Shown piece after piece: positions 35,801 to 48,600 of a stretch of 64,000 bases of DNA (position 1 is the first letter of the stretch; each line of letters begins with the position of its first letter). A model generated the notes under the pieces. It was given only the letters and a program-made list of their open reading frames with translations. It had not been told where the DNA came from and made no database searches. The position numbers and the translations under genes are program-made. Origin of the DNA: Anthoceros angustus (Eukaryota; Plantae; Anthocerotophyta); contig MU008168.1 of NCBI GenBank assembly GCA_010909165.1, forward strand, positions 1,302,001 to 1,366,000. Reading direction: 5' to 3'.

Positions 35801-36810
35801 TACAAAGACCACTTGCACCATGCCCTTTCGAACCAAACAAGGTTCTTAGAAGGCCACTAGGAAGAACATGAACCACCACATGTCGGGCCCATCAAACTAA
35901 ATTGAAGACCACAGTGCATCACACGAGAGGTGTCGAGGAAGTGGATTATATGCTTGACATATGAGTTGGGACCGATCGCATCCGCTTTGTGTCCTTGGTG
36001 TTTGAAGAAGGGATGCCACCTCCCAAAATTGCACTATGGTGGCCTTCACGATTCTGAGACAACGTCGCACCTTGTTCTCCTTCCACTCCCACACAAAGTG
36101 TTTGCTGCGACGCTCTGCCTCTCCACGACCATCCAACGCCTAATCGCTTTTGGTGACACCAATGTGCTTTGCGGTGTTGGAACCAAGTTAAACCGGTCAA
36201 TGTCGTTCGACAATATGAGGTTCCACAATGTATTCCGTGCTGCAAGTGATCGCCCACTTGTACATCTCTTAGATTCCAAGCCGTCCTCGGGTTACGCATT
36301 ACAGACAAACAAGCGTGCATCTTTGGCGTCGAGGGGAGGAGTCCAAAATCCAAGGAGAGGAGCACGATGAAACCACTCCAAAATCTCGCGTCGACATGGA
36401 CACGAAAACTTGTCTGTCATCTTCAAAACTCTTACGCCAATGCCTTGGCCACTTGCTTCCTTCCTTCGTCTGCACTCCTCACTTCCCAAGGTAGTTGCTG
36501 ACCCGTTGCATTACCGCACACACGTACTCTCGTGGAAGTTGAAGGAGGTGTTGGCACTTCCTCATTCCCTCTTCTCCAACAACTGGAGGTGGTTCTTGTG
36601 CCTCATCCTCATCCCTTGACTTGCCTCTCACGCGCCTCGTTTGTTGGCTGCCCAATATCGGCGCTCGCCGGTGACCGCATCTTGCTCCTTGCTACTTTGA
36701 AGTCCTTGTATACACCTTCCTCTCCGCTAGCACATTTCTTGTCCATGCACCTCCAACATTCAGCAGTCCGGGGAAAACTGCGCCCAACACGCAACAACCC
36801 CATCACCTAA
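32854..36810 (-). pseudogene. Sola-type DDD transposase, frameshifted, interrupted by about 1.1 kb (about 34720-35870)
   Basis: Combining both arms gives, in order: FWEVAS..SSNTKDTKRMRIGPNSYVKH; IKPYF...YHVEM; CARCGVRKVRFCP..E; KWRRFQY; SLMDFTKNY; HFY.SDD..HD; WSDGAAS; SGHGKGEHD(G)AGA..KR; LACFCVEC; VGDNFLAF...EGDDSM*. Confidence 0.8.
34880..35300. repeat. CCACCAC-rich degenerate repeat tract
   Basis: Recurrent CCACCACCTCCG/CCACCACATCCG motifs; lies within the transposase interruption. Confidence 0.7.
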
Positions 36811-36923
36811 CCTAATTGACGTCAACCTCCGTTGACTTTCGCGGTGATAACATGCCGCTACACAGTGGCGCTTGACAACTTAGCCACTACCACGTTTTTG
36901 ACCACCAAAGCGTGCATACACCC

Positions 36924-37295
36924 CAATCCTCGGCTCGTTGGGTTGAAATTTGATAGTCTAGGAATCATCTTTCATTCTTGTTTCTCGTGTACATATAGGT
37001 CCTGGCCTCGTTCATGCGAAGAACTCTTGGAGGTAACCGAATCGGGTTACTGTTTCGACCGTTCTACCTACGATTCCAATTTACGGGCATTTACCCATAT
37101 TTAACCGGCTATTTCCTAATTACTGGATAACGACCGGGGTTAGTCTGGGTTTGACCGTTTCTACCTGTTAGTAAGTCTGTTATTATACGGTCCGTTGCGT
37201 GCTACTGTTTGCGTCCCGTTAGGTTGCTAGCACCTGCGCCATAGCGAGACGAAGTTTGTGTGGGTACCCTATCTGACGAGTGAGCTGCTGTGACA
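36924..37295 (-). repeat. Gypsy 5' LTR (main part; last 5 bp displaced to 26798-26802 by the Sola-like insertion)
   Basis: Aligns with 12102-12438; flanked by TSD TAATA at 37296-37300. Confidence 0.85.
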
Positions 37296-37300
37296 TAATA

Positions 37301-38250
37301 GCCTCGCGATAATTAGCAGGTACAAATTGATCAATAGCCGCAGATAAACAATATGCTAAATTAATTTTGGGGTCCCTCCAATTAGAAGGAGAATACCTCC
37401 GTATTGTAGCTGCATTTGTACGTTGAGTGCGTCTACCGGGCCTGGCGTCCGCATGATCCTGATCCTCGGTATGTGGTAGAAGTTGACCGCCTAATCCCGA
37501 ACCCGGGTTACCTCTGCCAGGATATCGTGAAGATGCGTCCACCTCCAAGATATCGGGCTGAGAGTCGAGGTCGGAGTCGGGGTCGCAAGGGTGAGCATGG
37601 TGTGCGCGATGTGGATCGCGATGGGAGCTGCTGCGTGCGCCTCGATCGTGCAGCGTCCATCTGGCTGGTCGTGATCGCCTGTCAGACGAGTGTGCACACC
37701 ATTGACTGATGGTTTCGGGCGCCTCGAAGCGCTGCACGGCAATGGCTGATGCACCCGATGGTGTGATGCGCTCAGGGCTCCTCCTGCCCTCGTATGATCC
37801 TCCTCGCCAGCCCTCCACTGCGGGTTGTAGGCGGCGAGGATGCACAGCATGTCTTGGGTGAGGCGATCTCCTCCTCGTCGAGGTCGCCAAGATTAAGAAT
37901 TTAGTGGGGAGGCGGGCTGCCCAGGCTGTGGTGTAGGCTGGACAGGTGGTGGTGCGCCCATGGGAATGTCGTCATCGCTGTCTGCAGGATCTTGAGGAAG
38001 ATTGGATGCTCCCACTGGCACTGAGCCTTGCATATCCTCTAGGAAGGTGACGTCCCGTGAGTGGGTGACCTTGTGAGTCTGTGGGTGCATGATTTTGAAG
38101 CCCTTGACACCAATGGTGAAGCCAATGAAGATGTGCTTCCGCGCGCGATCCTCTAACTTGGTTCTGGTTGCTTTAGGTACATGCGCATATACGGGGGAGC
38201 CGAATACTCTAAGGTTTGATAAATCCGGCTTGTGTCCTGTCCAAGCTTCG
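37301..38250 (-). pseudogene. Copia integrase C-terminal region and INT-RT linker
   Basis: TDPYEAWTGHKPDLSNLRVFGSPVYAHVPK..RTKLEDRARKHIFIGF..GVKGFKIMHPQTHKVTHSRDVTFLE, a canonical Copia post-integrase motif. Confidence 0.92.
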
Positions 38251-39329
38251 TAGGGGTCTGTGTGGCAAAGCTATTGCTAAGACACATTATGGGCCCGACC
38301 ATGCTAATCCATGCCCGCCCAAGACTTACTGCCGAAGCAATGGCACATGCTTATCTTATTAACAGTCCATATGTGCCTTGCCTAGACCCCTCTACGAAGC
38401 TTGGAGCGGAGACATGGCGGATTTATCAAACCTTAGAGTATTCGGCTCCCGTATATGCGCATGTACCTAAGCAACCAAGTTAGAGGATCGCTGGAAGCAC
38501 ATCTTCATTGGCTTCACCATTGGTGTCAAGGCTTCAAAATCATGCACCCATGACTCACAAGGTCACCCACTCACGGACGCCACCTTCCTAGAGGATATGC
38601 AAGGCTCAGTGCCAGTGGGAGCATCCAATCTTCCTCAAGATCCTGCAGACAGCGATGACGACATTCCCATGGGCGCACCACCACCTGTCCAGCCTACACC
38701 ACAGCCTGGGCAGCCCGCTCCTCTCCCACAGATTCAGCCAGCCTTAATCTTCGGCGACCTCGACGAGGAGGAGATCGCCTTCTCACCCGGCATGCAGCCT
38801 GCATCCTCCAGCCCGCCACAACCCTGCAGGGAGGAGACTGGCGAGGAGGATCATAGCGAGGGCCAGGAGGAGCCCCAGCCGGAGCGCATCACCGCCCATC
38901 GGTGCATCAGGCGCCAGCCGCCTATGACCGGCATGTCGAGGCCTTGTCAAGTGGTCACAATGCACCGGCCAGTCTGGCGCCGCGCACCAGCCAGATGGAC
39001 GGGCACGCAGAGGGCGCCACGCAGCTCCATCGCGATCCACATCGCGCACACCATGCACACTGCGACCCCGACTCAACTCGACTCTCACCGATATCTTGGA
39101 GGTGGACGATCTTCACGATATCCTGGCGGTAAAACCGGGTTCGGATTAGGCGGTCAACTTCTACCACAGGATCGGGATCATGCGGACGCCGGGCAGTGAC
39201 GCCTCAGCGCCTACATGCAGCCTGTCGGAGTATTCTCCTTCTAATTGAGGGACCCCAAAATTAATTTAGCATATTGTTTATCCGCGGCTATTGATCAATT
39301 TGTACACGCTAATTATCGCGAGGCTATTA
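38251..39329 (+). pseudogene. Mirror copy of Copia integrase C-terminus, extending about 130 bp further into the integrase core
   Basis: (N)GKA...ARTMLIHAR.PKTY.AEAMAHA.YLIN.SP...DPYEAW, then a match to 37301-38250. Confidence 0.85.
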
Positions 39330-39685
39330 TGTCACGACTCACTCGTCGGATAGGGTACCCACACAAACTTCGTCCTCGCTATGGCGCGGTGCTAGCAACC
39401 TAACGGACGCAAACAAAGAGTAACGCAACGGACCGTATAATAATGACTTACTAACGGTAGAACGGTCAAACCGCACTAACCCCATTATCCAAGAATTAGG
39501 AAATAGCCGGTTAAATATGGGTAAATGCGTGAATTGGAATCGAGGTAGAACGGTCGAAACAAAGAAGCGATTCTACTCCAAGAGTTCTTCGCATGAACGA
39601 GGCCGGGACCTATATGTACACGGAAACAAGAATGAAGATGTTCATTCCAGACTATCATTTCACCGCACGAGCTTCCCGAGGATTG
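39330..39685 (+). repeat. Mirror copy of Gypsy 5' LTR (TGTCACGAC...), preceded by TSD TATTA
   Basis: Reverse complement of 36924-37295. Confidence 0.85.
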
Positions 39686-42600
39686 GGGTGTATACTGGTG
39701 GTCAAAAACGTGGTAGTGGCTAAGTTGTCAAGCGGCCACCAGTGGCATGTTATCATCCGGAAAGTCCCGAGGTTGACGTTTGAATTAGGTTTAGGTGATG
39801 GGGTTTGTTGGTTGCAGTGTTGGGCGCAAGTTTTTCCATACGGATCACGGGTGGAGATGCATGTGATGTGCTAGCGGAGAGGAAGGTGTATACAAGGACT
39901 TCAAAGTAGCAAGGAGCAAGATCACCGGCCACGGCGCCGATATTGGGCAGCCAACAAACGAGGGCGGCGTGAGAGGCAAGTCAGAAGGGATGAGGCACAA
40001 GAACCACCTCCAGTTGTTGGAGAAGAGGGAATGAGGAAGTGCCAACACCTCCTTCAACTTCCACACGAGAGAGTACGTGTGTGGCGGTAATGCAACGGTC
40101 AGAGTAACTACCTTGGGAAGTGAGGAGTGCAGATAAGGAAGCGAAGTGGCCAAGGCATTGGCGTAAGAGTTTTGAAGATGATGACAAGTTTTCGTGTCCA
40201 TGTCGACGCGAGATTTTGGAGTGGTTTCATCGTGCTCTCCTTCGTGATTTTCGGACTCCTCCTCCTCGACGCCAAAGATGCAGCTTGTTTGTCACAATGC
40301 GTAACCCGAGGACGGCTTATGGAATCTAAGAGATGTACAAGTGGGCGATCACTTGCAGCACGAATACATTGTGGAACCTCATTGTCGACATTGACCGGTT
40401 TAACTTGGTTCCAACACCGCAAAGCACATTGGTGTCACCAAAGCGATTAGTGCTGGATGGTCGTGGAGAGGCAGTGCTCAGCAAACACTGTGTGTGGGAG
40501 TGGAAGGAGAACAAGGTGACGTTGTCTCCAGAATCGTGAAGGCCACCATAGTGCAATTTTGGGAGGTGGCATCTCGCCTTCTTCAAACACCAAGGACACA
40601 AAGCGGATGCGCATCGGTCCCAACTCATATGTCAAGCATATAATCCACTTCCTCGACACCTCTCGTGATGCACTCGTGGTCTTCAATTTAGTTTGACGGG
40701 CCCCATATGGTGGTTCATGTTCTTCCTAGTGCCTTCTAAGAACCTTGTTTGGTTCGAAAGGGCATGCCGGTGCAAGTGGTCTTTGTAGGAGCACGTCCGA
40801 TGGGAGCTGTTCATGCCATGCTAGTTCTTATGTCAAATGTCCGCTTAGAAGCGCTTAGGCATCCTCCATATTGCATTCAACCGCCATTTGTGTGGTGCGT
40901 CTCGGATGTTCTTGCGATTGGTTCGTGCTGCTCGCAAGGCGCGAGTGGTTACACCGGAGGGAGGGTGCACCTTCTTCAAGCTTAAGGCTTCGGTATGGAC
41001 CTACAATGGCGATTTAATTTGCATCGTGTGTGTTGTGATTTTTTCCACGTTGCTTGGGATGTGGGTTCCTTCTTTGTGCAAGTCTGCAGTTGAAGTGCCC
41101 GTGGCACTTCAACCGGCTTTTCCTTCCTTTTAGTCCATTGTGCTACGAGGTTGTTGGAGATGGTCCGACCAGTGGGTTTTGCCTCCATGAGGTGATGCTA
41201 TAGGTTGGAGGCGATATTAGGGAATCCGCATGGTAATGGTGGAGAACCTGGTACGCTTGGCCAGTGTGGTGTTTGGGATGTGGGCATGTGGTAGCCGTGC
41301 TAGAGTCGTGGTGATGTTGTTTGCGGGTGGCGGCGCGGTGGACGAGCCGTGGATGCGTGGTGGCCGATTGTGGTGGTCGCCACGAATGTGGTCGAGCCCT
41401 GGATATTGGAGGGCTCCGGATGTTGTGGTCAACCTCCCACGTGTTCGGCTCTGATGTGGTGGTCGGGCCCGGATGCCGTGGTCGCGATTCGATGTGGTGG
41501 CCGGGCCCGGATGTGGTGGTGGAGCTCCGAGGTGTAACGCATTGAGTGGTGGGAGAGCCTGAGGTGGCAGGGCTTGAGGTGGTGGCAAGGATCCCGAGGT
41601 GGTGGTGGCAGGAGGTGGTGGCAGGGCTCCGGGAGGTGGTGGCGGGCCGCTTTGTGGCCGATGTTGTGGTGATGTAGTGACGCTGGTGAGCAATGTAGCC
41701 ACCGTGATAGTGTCGTCCCCTGGTCATGAGGACATCGAGGTGGTCTGGTGTTCTGGCGTGGTATGTGGTGTTATGGTAGGTAGGTGGCTTGGTGTCCACG
41801 GAGACGCTTGTATGCTATGAGTGTGGAAATGTGTGCACTGCTGGTGGCACATTCTCGCGCACACGTGGTTATTGCTCAAAGCCGCTAGTAATTTGTGTGA
41901 TGGCGTGTCTCAATCCTGATGGCCTATCCTCGGTGTTGCAGACGGAGTTCTACTTGCGGTTTTGCGCGAGCACCCAGAGATTCAAGTAGGGCCAGATTTT
42001 GAAAATCAAACCGTATTACAAAGCTTGCAAGAACGCAACGCTCACGGTACCATGTAGAAATGGCCTTCCTCAAGGACGCTTTTAATGCTTTGCGTGGTGG
42101 GCTTTCAAGAGTGCATCCTCGTGGACAATGCCATTGCACTGTGACATTGTGTTCCTCACTCAGAGAAGAGTCTCCTCTTCATTGCAATGCACCAAGACTG
42201 TTGTCTGTAAGGTTGCTTCAAACAAATTTTGTGCGAGAAAGAGTGTGATGGCACAAGCTTGCATGTCTTGAGTGTGCCCGTTGTGGCGTGAGGAAGGTGC
42301 GATTCTGTCCTGGTGAGACATCAAAGGAGGTGCACCCCGACTCCATTTTGAAGTGGCGACGCTTTCAATATCAAGTGGTTGGTAGAGATAGTGAGGGGCA
42401 GGACAAGAAGCGCATAAAGCTAGTTTTCATGGAGACTCATCCAGCGGAGTTTGTGTCATACTTCTCCAAAAAGATGAGGGAGTTCATCCTCCACGATTAT
42501 GTGCGGCTTTGGAATTTAGGCAATGCTTAGAGTGGTTCCCATCGGATGTCGTTGTCTCGATTATGGACTTGATCAAAACTATGCTTTTGGTGTTCGTAAT

Positions 42601-45600
42601 CTAAATACGCTAATCGCGAATGATCAAGTATCCATTTTGGTGCTGGTCTTTTACGTGAAATGGGCCCATTGACCCCAAGACCCGCAACGTTGAGAAGTAT
42701 TATCATTTTACATCGATGACTTGGTTCACGATCGTTGTTCTCCAACATTGCGTTATGAAGCATTGGCAATGGATGGCGACTGGTTTTCAGCCACGAGAAC
42801 ATTGGTGTTGGTCGGATGGGGCTGCAAGCCGCCAAGGCATGTCGGCCTTCATATTTCATTGCAAGATACCCCATCTCACCGGCGGGTGTCGGATGTTGTG
42901 GTCGATTTCGAGTGGCCATGGGAAGGGTGAACATGACGCAGGAGCTATTACGAAAAGAGCGTATGCGCAGAATCATCCCCAACGGCACCTGTGCTTCAAT
43001 CAGCGGATGTCGTGGCCTACCTTACAAGTCATATTTCGTGGGGCCTCTTCTTCTTACACAAGTGGACACCATGCATCGAGCCTGCTCATAGAGAAATCAA
43101 GAGGAATAAGTTTGGCGACCTATACTGGTCCAAAAAATGCACAAGATCTATGGGTTTAGCTTGACAGATCCGACTAAGTCGAAAATGCGAGCCTTGCTTG
43201 TTTTGCGTGGAGTGCTGGAAGTGATTCGAATGCGAAACGGTGCCTCATCTGAGGTATTGGAAAGCCTTCACTTTGAGGCCACATGGCCAAATCCTGAAAT
43301 AACTCGTGCCGGGCAAGGTGCCTCCGAACATGCCTAATGGTGCTCCTCTAGCCTCGGATGTGCGGAGGGACCAATGGTCCCGATGTTATCTGGACAATGA
43401 GAGTGAAGATATCTCGACATGGCGACCTCGAAGTAGGAGACAACTTCCTCGCAGACCACGGATGAGGACAACATTTTATGTCCTCGATGCACGGAGGCAA
43501 AGCATACTCTTCGCACCCAAGATCGTGTCCTTGGAGTATGAAGACGTTTCAGGGAGAGGTCGTCGTTGGAATGTATTACACTATTCAAGATGCAGGCGCT
43601 TGTATGCCTTTTATTCGGACCATTTTGCATCCTCGCATGGAATGCGTGCGATGTGCAAATTTGAGATGACCATAAGAGGTGAGGGGGGTGTGTACTTTGC
43701 TTAGAGGGTGACGACTCCATCGGGTGACTACTGTAGCGTAAAATGAATTAAGCGGGCATCCGATGGAAACATAGGCAAATGCCAAAAACAATTGTACTCA
43801 TGAGTCAGAATCACAATTGCTTCATTCAATACATCTCGCCAAGCACTTCCGGTGCATTCAATAATGATTCTTAATTCCTCCAAGTTCCTGATCGTGGACA
43901 CGTGATGCTGGCATGGCCGCCTCCTTTTCGCCAGGGGAATAAGAGCCGAGCCATATGACTGTGGCCACTTGACCCCCGGGTGCAATGGTTGTGTACAAAA
44001 CAAAGGTAATATGACACCAATTCATTCCCACTCTCGCCTTCACCCGCGCCGATCATCTTCTCGCTAAGTCCGCATCAGAGCAACATGGGGTCGTGCTCGC
44101 CGAGTGCCTTCCGACTGGTTGCTACCGCCGTCAAGAGGCACGCGCAGTGCCGGCACCTCGGGCCGTGGAAGCAAGAGGATCGATGCAAGCCATGGCGGCG
44201 GCTTTTGCAGTGGAGTACCGCAGCGCCACCGCCGGCAACAAAGGCGAAGTGATGGGCCGAGACGCCGCCGCCACGCCGTATGGTCGGGAAGAACGGCGGG
44301 AGCCGAATCTGCAGATCCGAGGTGGACAATAATATGGTGCAAGAGGGCGAGGATGACGATGGTGGAAGCGTTGTGGATGCCTAATCCATCCTAGCACAGT
44401 AGGAAGGAACTTCGCAGCCGGCCTTACATGTTCCGTTGTTCATAGGCTAGCGCATACTTCCCTTGGTTAGCAGTTTGTGTTGTTCACCACCCGGTGTGGT
44501 GATGGGCAGATTGTGCTTGAGCCCTTCCAGTTTTTTCACTCTTCACTGTACCATCAGTTTGTGCCATTTGTGGGTGGAGGATGCTAGGTTGGCATGCTGT
44601 GTTGGACCCAATTGTCATGCGCGAACGCAATTTGAAGGGCACCTGCTCATTCTAAGTCCGATACATTGAACCATTCAAGACATAGGGGGTTAGCACTTGT
44701 GCCCTCACAAAATGGAGCATTTCGTCACAAGGCGATACCCATTGATACAACATGGGATCCAGACTCAAAGTGTTTATCCCCGACTCACACCGCATTTGTC
44801 CAAAAAATGTCCGGTCACATGGCCTCGAACACTCACAACCAGCCGACAAATTCACAGACCCTCACATGATCCACACAACAAACACATTCAATCACACACG
44901 GTCAACTTTTCGCCGCATGACCTTTGCCAACCACTCTATGTACTTCCTCTCATGTGGTGGAGCCAGACTGTTCTTTCATTTTGCTTCTCCATTGGCCACA
45001 TCAAAAACTTAGTCGCCAAAGACCAGTCCTCCTCAGATCACAGGCCACAGAGTCCAAAGTGTACATACCAATGTCGGGAACTTGCTCATAGTAGAAGGCT
45101 TTCACAACAATAGTGCTCGCTCAAACTCCTCCCTCCCCAATTAGTATCCTTGAAGGTCGGCCAAGTTCTGACAGTTCCATACATTTCAAGAGATAAAGTC
45201 CACTTCTCGGATTTCCCTTCGGAGCCAACACCATGAAATTTGTACCTGTAGTCACGGTCATCGAACCATAGCCCATACCTTCAGGTCGTTGAGGCTCTTC
45301 ATCAGGCTGGTTACGTCTGGCACGAGTGTTCCTCCCTCCACGCCCAGCCCCTCTCCGCTTCAATGGGCCAGCCCGACCACGATTGTTTCCTCCACGGCGG
45401 CCACTACCACGTGAAGGGTGCGAACTTCCCACTGCATTTGTGCTCTCATCCTGCTCTACAAGAGCAAGAACTAAACCCGCAACCCGTCATCCACCTCTTG
45501 AGCATGCGGTGGCATCTTCATCCTTGTCGCCGCGGAGCTTCGTGCATGCTCGTGTCATTGTCCACTTGATCGCCTCGCATTGGCCCCTCAGCCTTTGAGA

Positions 45601-48600
45601 AGAGATGTCTCCATGCGCGTGGAGATCACAACCGACCATCACCAACCTTTTCACTCTTGTCCACACCATCACCATCAAGCATAGCCACATGGTCACCAAA
45701 GGATGTAGCTACAATTAATGTGCTTCAAACCACTAGCAGTGAACATCACCGCAGCTATAACCTCTTGGGCACTGTGAATGACAACAAGATGCTGACCATC
45801 GCCCCGCCAATTCAATCTCATCACCCTCCAGCTCCATCGCGTTTTCATCGGTGCCGAACCACCGGTCACCAATGTGACAGCACCATCGACCAGCATATCA
45901 CTAGACCCTACAAAATTATCGCCAAAACTCTTCCGAACCATCTTCGTGGAGCAAAGTCTGACCAACAATGGCATCCACATCCTTCAGCACTCCCTCGCTA
46001 ACAGCAATTTCCACAGAGTGCTAGGTGCAGCCTGTAGGGGCACCTGAACAAAAGCCACTGTAGGGACTAAGGGCCACACCCCGTCCATGTTCCCTTCAAG
46101 CCCGCCCGTTCCCAAAACGCAGCCTTGAGCCTGTACAGCAAGGGCCACCACCTCTGAGTCCATCTTTGGAGGATTGGATTGGCTACCTACCGGTGGACAC
46201 GATAATTGGCCCGGATTGCGTCGCAAGTGGGCTTGTTCAGCGTGGTACATATTCGTGCATGTCCCATGGACGCACCTCAGATTAGCTTTTCTGGTGGAGC
46301 CCTAGGCGGCCGGTGTCAAGTGTTTTAAAGAGGCTACTACAAAGATGCAGAAGTTTGTGGACATGGGGGACAACTCATGTTCCCCGCACAAGCAAAGACC
46401 ATTCAAAAATGAGAAGAATGATACAAATATGGCTGTGAAATTCTCAATTGGCGATAGCAATGTGCAAGTGCGCCAAACCGTGATTCTAAGTACTTCTTGC
46501 TCTGAGGTGTTGCTAGCCAGTTGTTTGAGCTTATCGGAGCGCCACCTTCTGCCCATCTATGATGCAGTGTTGCGGGATCGCGAATAATCTCCAAATACTC
46601 TGCTTCCCACTGTGCTCGCTGGTCATCCTCCCACGATGTGCTGTCCTCAACACCTTGGCCAGAACGTTTTTGAAATCTCGTGTTGCACCAGGCGGGCAGA
46701 ACATGCCTTTGCAACGCTTGGAAGAGACATATGTCATGGAAGCAATGCCCATGTGGCGCCAATACCATCTCGCTTGCATGCATACCACCCGCAGAAGACC
46801 CACGTTAAAGTCAAGAGCTGCCTTCACCAACAAATCACAATCAGACACGATCGAACATCACAAGCTATCGCAACTACATTACAATCCTTGCCAACACATC
46901 ACCAAAGAGGATTGAAGACCACCAACTGCGGGCTGGCACATCGTGCACGCCCACCATGTCACATACTCGGCAGATCACCACCAAACCCGCCATCACATGG
47001 GCCACCATGGCACATACTGGCCAGATCACCACCAACCCCGCCACCACATCAAGCAAGCGGCCACCATGGCACATACTGGCGTTCACCACCAACCCCGCCA
47101 CCACAAGTAAGCGGCCACCATGGCACATACTCTGACCACCAACCCCGCCACCACCACATCAAGCGCCACCATGGCACATACTGGGCGGTGACCACCAACC
47201 CCGCCACCACATCAACAAGCGGCCACCATGGCACATACTCGCTTGACCACCATCCCCGCCACCACATCAAGCCACCATGTCACAAACTCGGTCATAAGCA
47301 CCAACCCCGCCACCACATCTCTATGATGCTCGACGCCACCACATCTCTATGATGCTCGACGCCACCACATCTCCACATGCCACCACATCTCCATGATGTC
47401 CAATCGACCACCAACCCCGCCACCACAACAAATCCGCTCATTCCATCACGGCTCGACAAGCAACTCGCCTCACAATGCGTGCATACCACCAGTCTACCAC
47501 ATGCAGAAACGCCGACAAGAAATAGAATGGCAAACTAGTGCACCATCTCCGCATGCAGCGCATGCATCTTCACACACCACAATCAAACACATGGACTTCC
47601 ACGCCAAAAGCCAGCATCGCAGATCAACTCGGATCATAGAGAGTAAAAGCAAGTGTCGGTTCCTACCAGCCTTCACTACCACCCTTAGAAACAGAACTTG
47701 CTGGAGAACAACAAACACGCCGACTGCTTTGTAGGCAGCAATCATTGCACACTCATTGCGGCAACCCGACCTTCGAAACATCCTCCGCATATTCCAAAGA
47801 ATAACAAACATGTGCACATGAGATCAAGGACACAAAATCAAAAACTCCCCGAGACAAAGACCATTGAGAATTGCGAATGACTGTGATCTTTGGACTATGA
47901 AAACGTACTGGTGCGACAAGATGTCTTATTGCCGGTGTGGTGTGGGAGTGGCATGGAGCCACCGCCTGTGCCGTGGACTTCTTCACTCTTAGGTGAATTC
48001 ATGGATCGCCTGTTCAAAATCCAAAAACCCAAAGAACATGTTCTTGCAACTTGCTCCTACAAGCCGTTTTCGCCAACTTTGTTCACAACATTACAATGGT
48101 CCGTCTTGGCCTTCACACTTTGGCGGACCGCCCATGGTGCATCGTTGTGTTTCGAGTCCAACCCACCGCCATTGAGCACAAGGTCTATGCGTGGACCTTC
48201 GTAAGTCCAGATCCTTCAAGGCATCCTCCCCGCCTTAGCAAGCTTTGACTCCTCATCCGCAAGACGCCTCAAGTCCTTCTTCACACGAAGCAGAAAAATC
48301 ACCTCCATTGGAGCCCATGGTCGAGGCCACTTTTCTCACATATGTCTTACCTTTCAATGGACGTGGTCCTTCTCCGTCAAGCTCGCCACAACTTTCGACG
48401 AGGACAATGGCTCCTTGTCAATCACAAATGCTTTTCCTTTGTTGGCGAGAGCTCCAAACTTTGTTGGGACGACGCAGTGGCCTCCGTGGGCTCCTGTGGG
48501 AGTTTCCCTCACATGGAACGCCAGCCCGCACCAAGCTTCAGCTGGTGGAGCATCATCTGCATCCGAGCCCTCATCTTCCTCACCTCCACCTTCCTCGTCC

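Larger units (their letters stand above)
26807..36923 (-). mobile_element. Sola-like (probably Sola2) DNA transposon, 10.1 kb
   Basis: Imperfect TIRs of about 30 bp, GGGTCTAAGCACGATTATGGTGACCACAAC and GGGTGTATGCACGCTTTGGTGGTCAAAAAC; 4-bp TSD CAAT (26803-06 and 36924-27), whose removal restores the LTR end seen at 12102; contains a DDD transposase remnant. Confidence 0.8.
12102..37295 (-). mobile_element. Ty3/Gypsy chromovirus-type LTR retrotransposon (about 5.7 kb net) carrying three nested DNA transposons
   Basis: Homologous LTRs at 12102-12438 and 36924-37295 (plus 26798-26806); TSD TAATA at 12097-12101 and 37296-37300; PBS, PPT, and gag-PR-RT-RH-INT-chromodomain order. Confidence 0.9.
10190..38380 (-). 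mobile_element. Ty1/Copia LTR retrotransposon, split by a Gypsy insertion (Copia parts 10190-12101 and 37296-38380); 5' half lost at the fold-back
   Basis: RT/RNase H at 10.56-12.1 kb and the integrase tail at 37.3-38.4 kb rejoin across TSD TAATA to read ...FVPANYREAI|TCRKENWKIAIRSRLDSLRANKTW, the Copia RT start. Confidence 0.9.

Noticed and set aside
12102-37295. Dating the Gypsy insertion from LTR divergence
   Set aside because: LTR differences are dominated by indels likely to be sequencing error, so any age would be meaningless.
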